Below, piece by piece: positions 10,428 through 19,877 of a stretch of DNA of 64,000 nt; position 1 is the first letter of the stretch, and each line of letters opens with the position of its first letter. The stretch is from Bacteroidales bacterium (lineage in GTDB: Bacteria > Bacteroidota > Bacteroidia > Bacteroidales > UBA12077): the NCBI GenBank assembly GCA_035269575.1, contig DATFIZ010000103.1, forward strand, positions 23,536 to 87,535, in the 5' to 3' direction. The position numbers and the translations under genes were made by a program. The notes under the pieces are model-generated. The model had not been told where the DNA came from. It ran no database searches and worked only from the letters and a program-made list of their open reading frames with translations.

Positions 10428-10970
10428 TTATTCAACTTCATTCGATTTTACCAGTTTTATCCCGGCATCTTTCATTTTTTGCAGGGCTTTCTCTCCGTCT
10501 CCTTCGTTTACATTTACCGGCCGGATAGCATCGGTTATCACAATCGTTTCAAAGTTTTCTTTTACAGCACTTAGAGCGGTATCTAAAATACAATACTCGG
10601 TGGTTAATCCGGCCACATAAAGCTGATCTACATTTTTGTCCAGCAAATACTTTTTAAGGTCTTCGTTGGTGGCTTCGAAAGCCGAATAACCGTCGTCTTT
10701 CCCGGATGTTCCTTTTAAAAATACTTTCTGTATGGATTGGTCGTTTAAATCGGGATGAAATTCGGCTCCTCTGGTATTTTGCACACAATGTAAAGGCCAT
10801 TTCTCAAAATGGGCCGAATTTTTAGGATGCCAGTCTTTAGAAGCAACAATAACCGTAAATTTTTGCATCAACTGATTAATCACCGGCACTACCTCATCAC
10901 CGTAAGGAGCAGCCAATGCTCCACCGGGGCAAAAATCATTCTGAACATCTACAATCAATAAAGCTTTCAT
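10428..10970 (-). CDS. pncA: nicotinamidase (isochorismatase family)
   Basis: LLIVDVQNDFCPGGAL, WPLHCV, and a catalytic Cys context YVAGLTTEYCILDTAL. 4-nt overlap with pncB. Confidence 0.85.
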   Translation of the reverse strand: MKALLIVDVQNDFCPGGALAAPYGDEVVPVINQLMQKFTVIVASKDWHPKNSAHFEKWPLHCVQNTRGAEFHPDLNDQSIQKVFLKGTSGKDDGYSAFEATNEDLKKYLLDKNVDQLYVAGLTTEYCILDTALSAVKENFETIVITDAIRPVNVNEGDGEKALQKMKDAGIKLVKSNEVE

Positions 10971-12394
10971 ACCTCCTCCTTTTTATGATAATTATTTTGT
11001 ATTTGCTGTATAAGATCTGATCGTAACTCAACTAATCCTCTACTAATCCCCACTTTATAAATATGTGGATTTTCAAAGCGTTTATGTTCATCGGGAAACT
11101 GCAACAGCCTTTTTTTAACATAGGTTGCTGTTTGCTCTACCGAATAATCATCGGTCATTTTCTTTCCCCGGTCATAAACTTTCTGTAATAAATTTTCGCT
11201 GGAATAACCTTTTAGTTTGCATGTTTTTTCTTTATGATAGGGATGAATTATCATTTCAGGTTTTTCTTCCTCATCTAAAGCAATAGCATCGGCATAAAAC
11301 TGATCATGATCATCGAAATACCGAATTATTTTTTTATTTCCCGGCAGCGTTTGCTTTTCAATATTATCGGATGTTTTTATTTGAGGTTTGTGTTTAAACA
11401 TACTCAGCTTATAAACCCCATCGAGTGCGGCATCGTCTCTCCCGGTAACCAGGTTCGTCCCTACCCCGAAACCGTCGATGGGAGCACTCTGTTCCAGCAA
11501 GCTTTTTATGGTAAATTCATCCAGCTGGTTGGAAGTAAAAATCTTTACGTAGTCTAAATGATGCTGATTAAGGATTGCTCGGCATTTTTTACTTAAATAA
11601 GCCAGGTCGCCACTATCAAGCCTGATCCCTTTCATCTTTTTTCCGGTTCCTTCAAGTTCTTTAGCTATTTTAACAGCATTTTTTATTCCGGATTTAAGGG
11701 TATCGTAGGTGTCGATTAATAAAATACAATTATCCGGGAAAAAACGGGCAAAATCGCGAAAAGCTTCTTCTTCTTCGGCGTAGCTTTGAATCCAGGAATG
11801 AGCCATGGTTCCTGTTGCGTTTAGATTATAATCGTAAGCACTTTGCACATTTGATGTTCCGTTAAATCCTCCTGTTATAGCTGCTTTACTGGCTGACAGT
11901 CCGCCCAGCCCCTGAGCCCTGCGTAAGCCAAAATCCAGCAAAGTACGGTTGCCTGCAGCCTGTTTTATCCGTGATGCTTTGGTAGCAATTAACGATTGAA
12001 AATTGAGGATGTTTAGCAATAATGTTTCGATGAGCTGTGTTTCAAGGATATTCCCTTCGATACGCATTACAGGTTCTTGCGGGAAAACAATTTCACCTTC
12101 CTGGACACTGTGGATGGTACCCTTAAATGAGAAGGATTTTAGATACTTCAGAAATTTATCATCAAGCCCTTTTTTGGATAAATAGGTACAATCTTTAGCA
12201 GAAAAGGTAAAATTCTTAAGTGCATCCAGAAAATCTGACAACCCGGCAAAAACAGTATACCCTCCTCCGAAAGGATTTTTTCTGAAAAAGTAATCAAAAG
12301 TAGCAGGTTCATCATATCTCCCGGATAAGAAATAACCCTGCGCCATGGTTAACTCATAAAAATCGACAAATTTACCATTAAATATAGATTGCAT
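10967..12394 (-). CDS. pncB: nicotinate phosphoribosyltransferase
   Basis: FYELTMAQGYF N-terminus, GTMAHSWIQ, DFGLRRAQG, IRLDSGD. Confidence 0.85.
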   Translation of the reverse strand: MQSIFNGKFVDFYELTMAQGYFLSGRYDEPATFDYFFRKNPFGGGYTVFAGLSDFLDALKNFTFSAKDCTYLSKKGLDDKFLKYLKSFSFKGTIHSVQEGEIVFPQEPVMRIEGNILETQLIETLLLNILNFQSLIATKASRIKQAAGNRTLLDFGLRRAQGLGGLSASKAAITGGFNGTSNVQSAYDYNLNATGTMAHSWIQSYAEEEEAFRDFARFFPDNCILLIDTYDTLKSGIKNAVKIAKELEGTGKKMKGIRLDSGDLAYLSKKCRAILNQHHLDYVKIFTSNQLDEFTIKSLLEQSAPIDGFGVGTNLVTGRDDAALDGVYKLSMFKHKPQIKTSDNIEKQTLPGNKKIIRYFDDHDQFYADAIALDEEEKPEMIIHPYHKEKTCKLKGYSSENLLQKVYDRGKKMTDDYSVEQTATYVKKRLLQFPDEHKRFENPHIYKVGISRGLVELRSDLIQQIQNNYHKKEEV

Positions 12395-12533
12395 AGCTCC
12401 CTTTTTACATTTTAGATGTCCCTGTTTATATAACTGTATATCTCAGGTATTGTTTAGGAAAGTTATTGAAAATATCAGGATTTGTAAAGTATTCCGGGAT
12501 AAAATTTAAAACGGAGGTGATTTGCTTATGGAT

Positions 12534-12570
12534 AAAAAAAGCCTGATCGTTTATAAAATCCGTCAGGCTT
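12534..12570 (-). terminator. rho-independent terminator after the minus-strand RND operon
   Basis: On the minus strand the stem is AGCCTGA(C)GG / C(G)ATCAGGCT, about 9 bp with one bulge. It is followed by TTTTTTT (plus-strand A run 12534-12540), about 23 nt downstream of the TolC stop. Confidence 0.6.
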
Positions 12571-12592
12571 TGGTGTAAATCAGTTTATTGAG

Positions 12593-13885
12593 TTATTCTT
12601 CCTCTTCTAAAAATCCTCCGGTTAAGCGGGTTAACGTTGTATTTGAATAGATTAAATTATAAATGGCCTGTAAGCGATTAAGGGCTGTATTCAAATAACC
12701 AATTTGTATATCGCGATAATTAAAAGAATTAATAGCTCCGGACTTAAATTTTTCATCGGCAATTTGCAGGTTCATTTCAGCAGCCTCCAAGCTTTGCTCT
12801 GATACATTAAGCAGCGTCTTTCGCAGATTATACAAGTCAAACTCGTTAAACAACAGGTTGGTTAAACTATGTTTGATTTCCTCAACTTCAATCTGAGTGA
12901 TTTCCTCGTTAACTTTAGCCACATCAATGGCTCTTTTTCTTGTTCCCCCGGAATAAATATCAAATGATAAGGAAACATTCCCATACGGAGTTAATGCTTC
13001 CGATGATGTGGAACCTTGTGTTTTGGTATTCATCCATGAATAAGAATTCTCAATCCCGGCCGAAAGGTTTAAACTGGGATAAAGTGTGCTTTTTTGAAGC
13101 GCTGTTTCTTTCTGCTGTAAAACAAGGCTGGTATATTGGTTTTGCAGGGTTTGGTTATTGGCTAACATTTTATCTAACAGATCGGCCAATACATAATCCG
13201 AAGTGTCGGAGTTAAACTCCTCTACAAAGCTCCATCGGGTTGTTGGTTGTTCGCCAATTAGAAAATTAAAATTACGAACGGCATTTCTTACGGCAACCTC
13301 CTGGTTGAGGGTTGAAGCCTTATCTTCGAGAAATACGTTTTTAGCCTGCAATACATCATAAGTTACGGTACCTCCAACATCAAATTTTAATTGAATATAT
13401 TTATAGCGGTCCTCAGATAGTTTCATCAGATTTTCGAGTACCGTTAGTTTTTCTTTTTGTAATAAAATGTTGTAATAACTGAGAATTACTTCCTGAATGG
13501 TGTTTTCTACTACAACAGCGGCATTTCCTTTGGCAAGACTTTCTAACTTTTCTAACCTGTCTTTGGTAATGTTGGCCCGAAATCCATTAAAAATGGTCCA
13601 GTTTAAACCCACCGAACCTGCAATCCTGTTGGATGATGTGTTTTCGATAAGTTCTTTACTATTCGAAGAGTTAACATCAAATCCAATATTTGGGTATCTG
13701 CCGGCAGTTCCCCAGTTATTATTTATCTCGGCAATATCCACTTGCGATTGGGAAATAACAATTCCATAATTGTTTTCCAGTGCTTTCTCTAATGCTTTCG
13801 ATAGAGTTAATGGTTCCTGGGCTTGCAGGCCCATATTGATAAACATTAGTGAAAATATAAGAATGATTGACGTCTTTTTTTTCAT
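12593..13885 (-). CDS. TolC-family outer-membrane efflux protein
   Basis: The longest ORF reaches 13918 but would overlap the pump gene. ATG at 13885 gives MKKKTSIILIFSL..LQAQ (a signal peptide) and abuts the pump stop (13887). The two-repeat coiled-coil/beta pattern is typical of OEP proteins. Confidence 0.85.
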   Translation of the reverse strand: MKKKTSIILIFSLMFINMGLQAQEPLTLSKALEKALENNYGIVISQSQVDIAEINNNWGTAGRYPNIGFDVNSSNSKELIENTSSNRIAGSVGLNWTIFNGFRANITKDRLEKLESLAKGNAAVVVENTIQEVILSYYNILLQKEKLTVLENLMKLSEDRYKYIQLKFDVGGTVTYDVLQAKNVFLEDKASTLNQEVAVRNAVRNFNFLIGEQPTTRWSFVEEFNSDTSDYVLADLLDKMLANNQTLQNQYTSLVLQQKETALQKSTLYPSLNLSAGIENSYSWMNTKTQGSTSSEALTPYGNVSLSFDIYSGGTRKRAIDVAKVNEEITQIEVEEIKHSLTNLLFNEFDLYNLRKTLLNVSEQSLEAAEMNLQIADEKFKSGAINSFNYRDIQIGYLNTALNRLQAIYNLIYSNTTLTRLTGGFLEEEE

Positions 13886-13886
13886 A

Positions 13887-16800
13887 TTATTCATCTTCAT
13901 CACTTGTATTGGTTTCATATTTCATTCTGCGTTTATGGAGTTGAATGGCCACTTCAACCTCTTCGCGTTCGGGTTTAACACCGGTCCATAAAAGTTTCAA
14001 ATAAACTTTTATATCATTTAATATCATAATTAACACCGGAAAGAAAATAAGGATAAATACGGTTCCGACAGCAATACCGTAGGCTAAGCTAATAGCCATA
14101 GGAATTAAAAATTGTGCCTGGACGCTTTTTTCAAGTATTATGGGGAACAATCCGATGGTAGTGGTGATACTTGTTAAGATAATTGGTCGTAAACGAACCT
14201 TCCCGGCTGCAACAATCGCATCATGCACTTTTTTGCCTTCCAGTAGGTTACGATCATATTTTGCCAGAAAAACAATGGCATCGTTAATTATTACTCCTGT
14301 AAGTGCAACCATGCCCCACAAACTTATAATTGATAAAGGTTTTCCGTGTATCCCATGTCCCCAGAAAACTCCGAGCATCGACAGAGGAATCATAAGCAAA
14401 ATAATTAAGGTTTGATTAAAACTTTTAAAATGCATAATCATAATAAAAATGATAATTATAAAAGCAATAAGAAAATATCCTGAAGCTTTGGAAATGGCTT
14501 CCCGGCCATATTTTTGCTGCCCCTGGTATTCCCATCGTAATCCGGTAAACCGTGCTTTTAACTCGGGCATTATTTCGTTGTCAATTTGTTCTAAAATTTC
14601 GGGTACCGGAGCATAAGGATCAACGGTTTCAGCTTCTACTCTTATTTCACGGTTTCCGTTGTAGCGATTAATAGCTACAGGACCTCGTTCCATATGGTAA
14701 TCAGCTAATTCAGACAGTGGAAAATCACCAACAGCCGTTTTAATTTTCATGCTCTCCATTTGTCCGCGGGTAAGCCGGTTTGATTTTGGATAACGCACCC
14801 AAACCCGTAATTCATCTCTTCCTTCTTGCAGGCGTTGAGCTTGTCCTCCATAAAACCCCTGACGAACCTGCCGTGCAATAGTACCTTCATCAAGTCCTAA
14901 AAAGTAGGCTTTAGGTTTTAATTTTAGTCGTATTTCCTGTTTTCCCAAAGCCACATTCTCATTAATGTCTTTTAATTGAGGAAGCTCTGTTAACCTACTC
15001 ATCAGATAGTCTTTGGCCTCTTCTAATTCTTTGATGTTTTTTGACATTAAACTAATTGAAACAGGTGACCCCCAACGATTTCTTCCGGCAACGGTAAATT
15101 TCCTGGCCTCAGGAACCTTTCCTAACTTTACTCTTACCTTGTTGGCTATTTGATGGCCACTTAAATTTGTTTCATTAAGGTCGATAGGGTATACTCTTAT
15201 CTGTCCGGCATGTGCACCTACTTCCTGGCCGCTAAAAGAATTTCCTAATGACGTGATTAAACGTTCAATGACATCCTCTTCTAATCCTAATTCAGCAGTT
15301 ATCTCATCATTTACTTCCCAGATTGCTTTTTCAAATCTTCGTAAATATTCTTTGGTCTGTTTTTCTCCATCTCCGGGGGTAAAAGCAATGTTTACCTCAA
15401 AACTGTCAAAGTCTACCATAGGGAAATAGGTGTTTTTGATATGACCTCCTGCCAGCAGTCCTGCTGTAATTAAAAACAGGGCAATAGGTATGGCAATTAC
15501 TATATGACGCCATTTTAACAGCCAATGAAGAGCAAAATGATAGATATCATCACGCAACCATACAATAAATCGCTCCAGGTATTTTTTTATCCCTTTGGTT
15601 TTCTTTTTTTCAAGACTTTTACGGCTAAGGATACGGTTAGAGCTTAAGTGGGCAGGCAGTACAAGAAAAGCTTCGAATAGCGAGAATCCTAAACTCAGGA
15701 CAACAACAACAGCCATCTGAATCATATTTTCCATGCGTGTACCTGCTAAAAATAGCAATGGGCTAAAGGCGATAATAGTCGTAACAATGGAGGTTAAAAC
15801 AGCAGGGTAAACTTCTACAGTTCCATCTACAGCTGCTTGCATAGGTGTTTTGCCTTTTTCAAAGTGAAGATAAATATTCTCGGCAATTACAATTCCATCA
15901 TCAACCAAAATACCAATTACTAAAATCATCCCGAAAAGGGACATCATATTAATGGTTACTCCTATCAAATTGGCGACAACAAACATTGCCAGGAAACTAA
16001 ACGGTATACCAAAGGCAACCCACAGCGATAAGCGGACACTGAGAAATAAAGATAAAGCGATAATTACCAGGATAAATCCGATAATCCCGTTTTTTACCAA
16101 AAGATCTAAACGGCTTTGCAGGATGTCAAGAAAAGCAAAGGAAACTTCTAATTGTACTCCATGATCTTCCTGGTTAAATTCTTCGATGTAGTTGTTGGCA
16201 TATTCTGTAATAGCCGACAAATCCTCTTCGGGCAACTTGTCGATACCAATAAACACAGTATTTTTACCATTTACCCAGGTTTGTCTTGGGGTATCGGCAA
16301 ATTTTTTCTTAACTTCAGCAACATCTCTTATTCGGATAAAGCTTCCATCTTCTTTTCCCCGCAGAATAATATTTCCAATTTTATTAGGGTCTGTGCTTCT
16401 TGAGCGTAATCGAATCAATAATTCCTCTTCTTCTGATTTTATTTCTCCACCCGATACATCCCGGTTATTATTTTGGATGGCAAGCATTATTTCACTAATG
16501 GTTAGTTCATAGCGTAGTAATTGCTCTTCTTTTACTTCTACGGAGATTTCGGGTGACGGAAAACCGGAAATGTCAACCTGACTCATGACTCCCGAATTTA
16601 ACAGGTCTTCCTGAATAAGTTGTGCGTACTCTTTCAGGGTCATTAGGTCGACATCTGTATTATCATCAGGCACCAGCGTCATATACAGAGCCCCAGAACG
16701 CGAACGGCGTTTAGCCACAATCGGACGTTCGGCTGCCGTTGGGAGGGATGATATCCCATCTACGGCATTTTTTACCTCCATTAATACTTCATCAATGGGA

Positions 16801-17099
16801 TATTCGCCGGTTGTTTCTATCGTAACACGTGCACTATTTTCAACCGAGGTGGATGTTATTTCTTTTATTCCAATTAATCCCCTCACAGCCTCTTCGATAC
16901 GGGAGGTAACACCTTCTTCCATTTCTACCGGCGATGCCCCGGGGTAAAAAACCGAAACAGAAATGATCCGGCTTTCCCGCTCAGGGAAAAAGGCCTTGTT
17001 CATGGATAGCAGGCTAATACCCCCGGCTAGCAATACAAAGGCAATAATCAGGTTAGCATATATGGGGTACTCTACAAATCGTTCAATTAATTTCTTCAT
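13887..17099 (-). CDS. RND efflux pump permease (AcrB/AcrD/AcrF family)
   Basis: 1070 aa with 12-TM RND topology and two large periplasmic loops. N-terminus MKKLIERFVEYPIYANLIIAF. Motif GILVDDGIVIAENI in TM4. Confidence 0.9.
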   Translation of the reverse strand: MKKLIERFVEYPIYANLIIAFVLLAGGISLLSMNKAFFPERESRIISVSVFYPGASPVEMEEGVTSRIEEAVRGLIGIKEITSTSVENSARVTIETTGEYPIDEVLMEVKNAVDGISSLPTAAERPIVAKRRSRSGALYMTLVPDDNTDVDLMTLKEYAQLIQEDLLNSGVMSQVDISGFPSPEISVEVKEEQLLRYELTISEIMLAIQNNNRDVSGGEIKSEEEELLIRLRSRSTDPNKIGNIILRGKEDGSFIRIRDVAEVKKKFADTPRQTWVNGKNTVFIGIDKLPEEDLSAITEYANNYIEEFNQEDHGVQLEVSFAFLDILQSRLDLLVKNGIIGFILVIIALSLFLSVRLSLWVAFGIPFSFLAMFVVANLIGVTINMMSLFGMILVIGILVDDGIVIAENIYLHFEKGKTPMQAAVDGTVEVYPAVLTSIVTTIIAFSPLLFLAGTRMENMIQMAVVVVLSLGFSLFEAFLVLPAHLSSNRILSRKSLEKKKTKGIKKYLERFIVWLRDDIYHFALHWLLKWRHIVIAIPIALFLITAGLLAGGHIKNTYFPMVDFDSFEVNIAFTPGDGEKQTKEYLRRFEKAIWEVNDEITAELGLEEDVIERLITSLGNSFSGQEVGAHAGQIRVYPIDLNETNLSGHQIANKVRVKLGKVPEARKFTVAGRNRWGSPVSISLMSKNIKELEEAKDYLMSRLTELPQLKDINENVALGKQEIRLKLKPKAYFLGLDEGTIARQVRQGFYGGQAQRLQEGRDELRVWVRYPKSNRLTRGQMESMKIKTAVGDFPLSELADYHMERGPVAINRYNGNREIRVEAETVDPYAPVPEILEQIDNEIMPELKARFTGLRWEYQGQQKYGREAISKASGYFLIAFIIIIFIMIMHFKSFNQTLIILLMIPLSMLGVFWGHGIHGKPLSIISLWGMVALTGVIINDAIVFLAKYDRNLLEGKKVHDAIVAAGKVRLRPIILTSITTTIGLFPIILEKSVQAQFLIPMAISLAYGIAVGTVFILIFFPVLIMILNDIKVYLKLLWTGVKPEREEVEVAIQLHKRRMKYETNTSDEDE

Positions 17100-17128
17100 A
17101 CTTGTTTTTGATTGAAGATACTTTGTTA

Positions 17129-18304
17129 TTATTTACTTACAGATTGGGCATCTGATGATTTATTCTGATTGTTTTTTTTATTGATCTCAACCAATGTTCC
17201 TTCCTGAACATTAACCAAAGGCTGAACAACCAACAATTCTCCCTCTTCAAGCCCGTTGAATATTAATGTTTTTTCGTTGAGTTTAATGATGTTAATCACT
17301 TCCTTCTCTAAGCGATTATTCTCCACAATAAAAACTTCGTTAGTATTAAAAACTACATTACGGGGAACTTCCATAGCATTTTTTATGGGGTGCCCCGGGA
17401 AATGAACCTCAAGGTATTCGCCTACAAGAAGAGGCTTTTGTTTGCTATTGTTAACCTGAATATACAAGTTTTGCGATTGGGTTTGCGGGTCAACAAACTG
17501 GCTTTTGCGGATTACTCTTCCTTTCCAATCCATCGATTTAGTATCGGAATGTATGGTTACTTTATCTCCTACTTTCACCCATTCAGCATCAAATCTTTCT
17601 AAAGGGACTTCTATTTCTAAAACATCAGTTCTTATGGCGTGAGCAATACGGCCTCCAGTATTCGTATAAGCTCCGGCTTCGAGGTAGATGTCGCTATAAG
17701 TTCCGTTAAAAGGGGCTCTAATTGTATGACGGCTAAGTTGTAATTCATCTTTTAAAATATTGTAATAGGTACTTAAAACATCCCGGCTGGAAAGGAAAAT
17801 TTTAAGTTTTTCATTCTTGATTGCCGGAAATTCAGGCAAATTTTTATTAATGTCGATGGTATTAAAGAATGTTCTAAAAGTTGTTTCATAATCCGGAAAG
17901 TCAATGGTAATATCGGGCAATAAATTAGCCAGCTGAGTTAAAAACTGACTTTTTCTTGATTTTAGAGCTAATGCAGCCTCGTCGGGATATACCGTAAAAA
18001 GAATGTCTCCTTTTGAAAACTGTGCTCCTGTTTTCAGAGGAATGTCTGATACAATTAGTTTTCCCGGGGCTTCAGCAATAATATCCACATTAGCCAAAGA
18101 GTTTACCCGGCCGGGAGCAGTAACCGGAGAGACAATGGTTGAATAATCAACTTTTTCTGTTTTTACATATCGTTTGGAGACGACAGCCGGTCGACTAAAA
18201 GGTTCTTCTTTTTGAGCAATTAGAAACTTCATGATTCCAAAGGCTAACCCTACAATAAAAAGAAAGGCTGTTAAAATAACGATACGACGATTAATATTTT
18301 TCAT
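17129..18304 (-). CDS. RND efflux periplasmic adaptor (membrane fusion protein)
   Basis: N-terminal anchor, lipoyl/hairpin/beta-barrel order (IRAPFNGTY motif), and first gene of the adaptor-pump-TolC operon. Confidence 0.85.
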   Translation of the reverse strand: MKNINRRIVILTAFLFIVGLAFGIMKFLIAQKEEPFSRPAVVSKRYVKTEKVDYSTIVSPVTAPGRVNSLANVDIIAEAPGKLIVSDIPLKTGAQFSKGDILFTVYPDEAALALKSRKSQFLTQLANLLPDITIDFPDYETTFRTFFNTIDINKNLPEFPAIKNEKLKIFLSSRDVLSTYYNILKDELQLSRHTIRAPFNGTYSDIYLEAGAYTNTGGRIAHAIRTDVLEIEVPLERFDAEWVKVGDKVTIHSDTKSMDWKGRVIRKSQFVDPQTQSQNLYIQVNNSKQKPLLVGEYLEVHFPGHPIKNAMEVPRNVVFNTNEVFIVENNRLEKEVINIIKLNEKTLIFNGLEEGELLVVQPLVNVQEGTLVEINKKNNQNKSSDAQSVSK

Positions 18305-18430
18305 TGAATTAATTATTATTTTGTTATGTTATATTTTGGTTAATGTTTTTCAAACAAAATTTAGGGTATAAAGTTTAAATTATAATCTATGCGAAATTAG
18401 TATTTTAAAAAATAAAATTACTTTTCTGGT

Positions 18431-18650
18431 TCATATTTATCAATTAAAACAGCTTAAGGCAGCCATTGCGGCAGCAACATTTAGCATCTCTTTCCGGCCA
18501 ATATGGTCAAAAAGGACAATTGCCGAATGATGCCCGTCAGAATAATTAAGGAGGCTGTCCGAAAAGTATTTGTGGAATCCTGCTTGCAGCAGGTAAGTTC
18601 GTGATTCTTTTGTTTAATTTTGCGGCACAGCTATAAAGTACTGATACGCA
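18431..18650 (-). pseudogene. relic of a second M28-family peptidase gene (C-terminal end only)
   Basis: The minus-strand frame reads ..TYLLQAGFHKYFSDSLLNYSDGHHSAIVLFDHIGRKEMLNVAAAMAALSCFN*. The intact peptidase at 24304-25686 ends ..HYFEWHHSANDTFDHIKREEMQNGAAAMAALIYLIDKYGLE*. 18454-18546 aligns without gaps to 24336-24428, with 76 of 93 nt identical by hand count. There is an in-frame stop and probably a frameshift further upstream, and no start codon. The upstream boundary is uncertain. Confidence 0.6.
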
Positions 18651-18738
18651 GACAACAACAAAGAGGTTGCAAAGTTTCGCTAAGTAAACGAATAATCAAT
18701 TTACCCTTTTTAAATACTTTTCGTACAGCTTCCTTAAT
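18545..18738. repeat. imperfect inverted repeat (25/27) flanking a 140-bp core
   Basis: ATTAAGGAGGCTGTCCGAAAAGTATTT (18545-18571) is the reverse complement of AAATACTTTTCGTACAGCTTCCTTAAT (18712-18738), with 2 mismatches by hand count. The core contains a small CTGCTTGCAGCAG hairpin. Confidence 0.7.
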
Positions 18739-19080
18739 GGCCCTTCTGCCTTTTCAGTGTCCACAATATCAGAAACATCTCCTTTAATCACACCATAAAT
18801 ATTATAAATTTGGATTATTATTTTAACACATATGAAACCCTTCCTGATAATTTTAATTTTGACACACCTGTCTGCCTAATTTATCCGCCGAAGGAGAACA
18901 AGCAGGCACGATAATGATTATTTTAGTGATACCTTATCATTAAACAACAGATAATAAATTCATGAAGGTTCACGTGCGGGTTGCGTTTGTGGCTTGTGGG
19001 AGTGAGCCAGCCTTGCAGAATTTTATGATAGAAACAAATTTAAACAAATGGATAGCAATAAGAGAATTTATTTTAACATC

Positions 19081-19113
19081 ATCTTTTCCAAAGTTTTGAA
19101 CTTTGGAAAAGAT
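19081..19113. repeat. 33-nt perfect palindrome (15-bp stem, 3-nt loop)
   Basis: ATCTTTTCCAAAGTT-TTG-AACTTTGGAAAAGAT, checked position by position. No adjacent U-tract on either strand. It lies about 150 nt upstream of the TlpA-like gene. Confidence 0.6.
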
Positions 19114-19263
19114 TAGCCCAATTAATGAGAGGAATGTTTTTTGTTTTTTTGGAAGTTTCTTTTTTTTTAATAAAAAAAGATAGGTTAAAACCAATCTCAA
19201 AAAGAAAATGTTAATATTTATGTATATTAGCAAAATTGTAAATTGAAAATTGCTAACATTTGT

Positions 19264-19815
19264 ATGATAAACTTTAAAGCCATTACATTAATAGTTACAA
19301 TCATAATAGCTCAGCAAACATTTGGGCAGGACCTGAAAGTTGGTGAAAAAGCGCCAGATATTGCTCAGCACTTAGTAACCGGAGAAAAGTTTCATTTATC
19401 GGAATTAAAAGGGAAAATGGTTTTAATCGATTTTTGGGCATCATGGTGTAAACCTTGTAGGTATGAAAACCCAAATATTGTTGAAGTTTACAAGAAATAT
19501 AAAGATGAAAGTTTTAAAAATGGTGAAGGTTTTACTGTGTTGAGTGTTTCGTTGGATTTTAAAAAATCTGCCTGGGAAAAGGCGATAAAAACAGACGGCC
19601 TTGAATGGCCATATCATGTAAGCGATACTAAAGGATGGAGAAATGAAGCGGCGCAAACTTATCATGTAAAAAGTATTCCTGCAAGTTTTTTAATTGATGG
19701 CGAAGGAATTATTGTGGGAATAAATTTACGCGGAGATGATCTCGAATCAGCATTAAAAAAACAGCGGGAAAAAAAAGTTCTTTTTTTTTTCAAAAGACTA
19801 ATCAATAAACAATAA
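19264..19815 (+). CDS. TlpA-family thioredoxin-like thiol:disulfide oxidoreductase
   Basis: The track ORF starts at TTG 19243. The first ATG, at 19264, gives a signal peptide (MINFKAITLIVTIIIAQQTFGQ). Motifs FWASWCKPCRYENP and SIPASFLID are present. Confidence 0.85.
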   Translation: MINFKAITLIVTIIIAQQTFGQDLKVGEKAPDIAQHLVTGEKFHLSELKGKMVLIDFWASWCKPCRYENPNIVEVYKKYKDESFKNGEGFTVLSVSLDFKKSAWEKAIKTDGLEWPYHVSDTKGWRNEAAQTYHVKSIPASFLIDGEGIIVGINLRGDDLESALKKQREKKVLFFFKRLINKQ

Positions 19816-19828
19816 TCTTCTATATAAA

Positions 19829-19856
19829 AAAGCCGGTAATTCATACTACCGGCTTT
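19829..19856. terminator. bidirectional rho-independent terminator between convergent genes
   Basis: AAAAA-AGCCGGTA (19831-19838), 8-nt loop, TACCGGCT (19847-19854), then TTTA. There is an A-run on one side and a T-rich stretch on the other. Confidence 0.65.
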
Positions 19857-19877
19857 ATAATTAGCTCTTATCGATAA

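Noticed and set aside
18738-18860. Minus-strand peptide IYNIYGVIKGDVSDIVDTEKAEGP, resembling the NVIGxIKG motif of M28 peptidases, considered as a further piece of the relic.
   Set aside because: The match is short, with no start codon and a stop immediately upstream. It cannot be distinguished from chance without a BLASTX-type search.
18970-19233. 87-aa minus-strand ORF in the large intergenic gap.
   Set aside because: It has a low-complexity Lys/Leu/Phe/Ile composition driven by A/T runs. It spans the 33-nt palindrome and poly-A/T tracts and has no recognisable motif.
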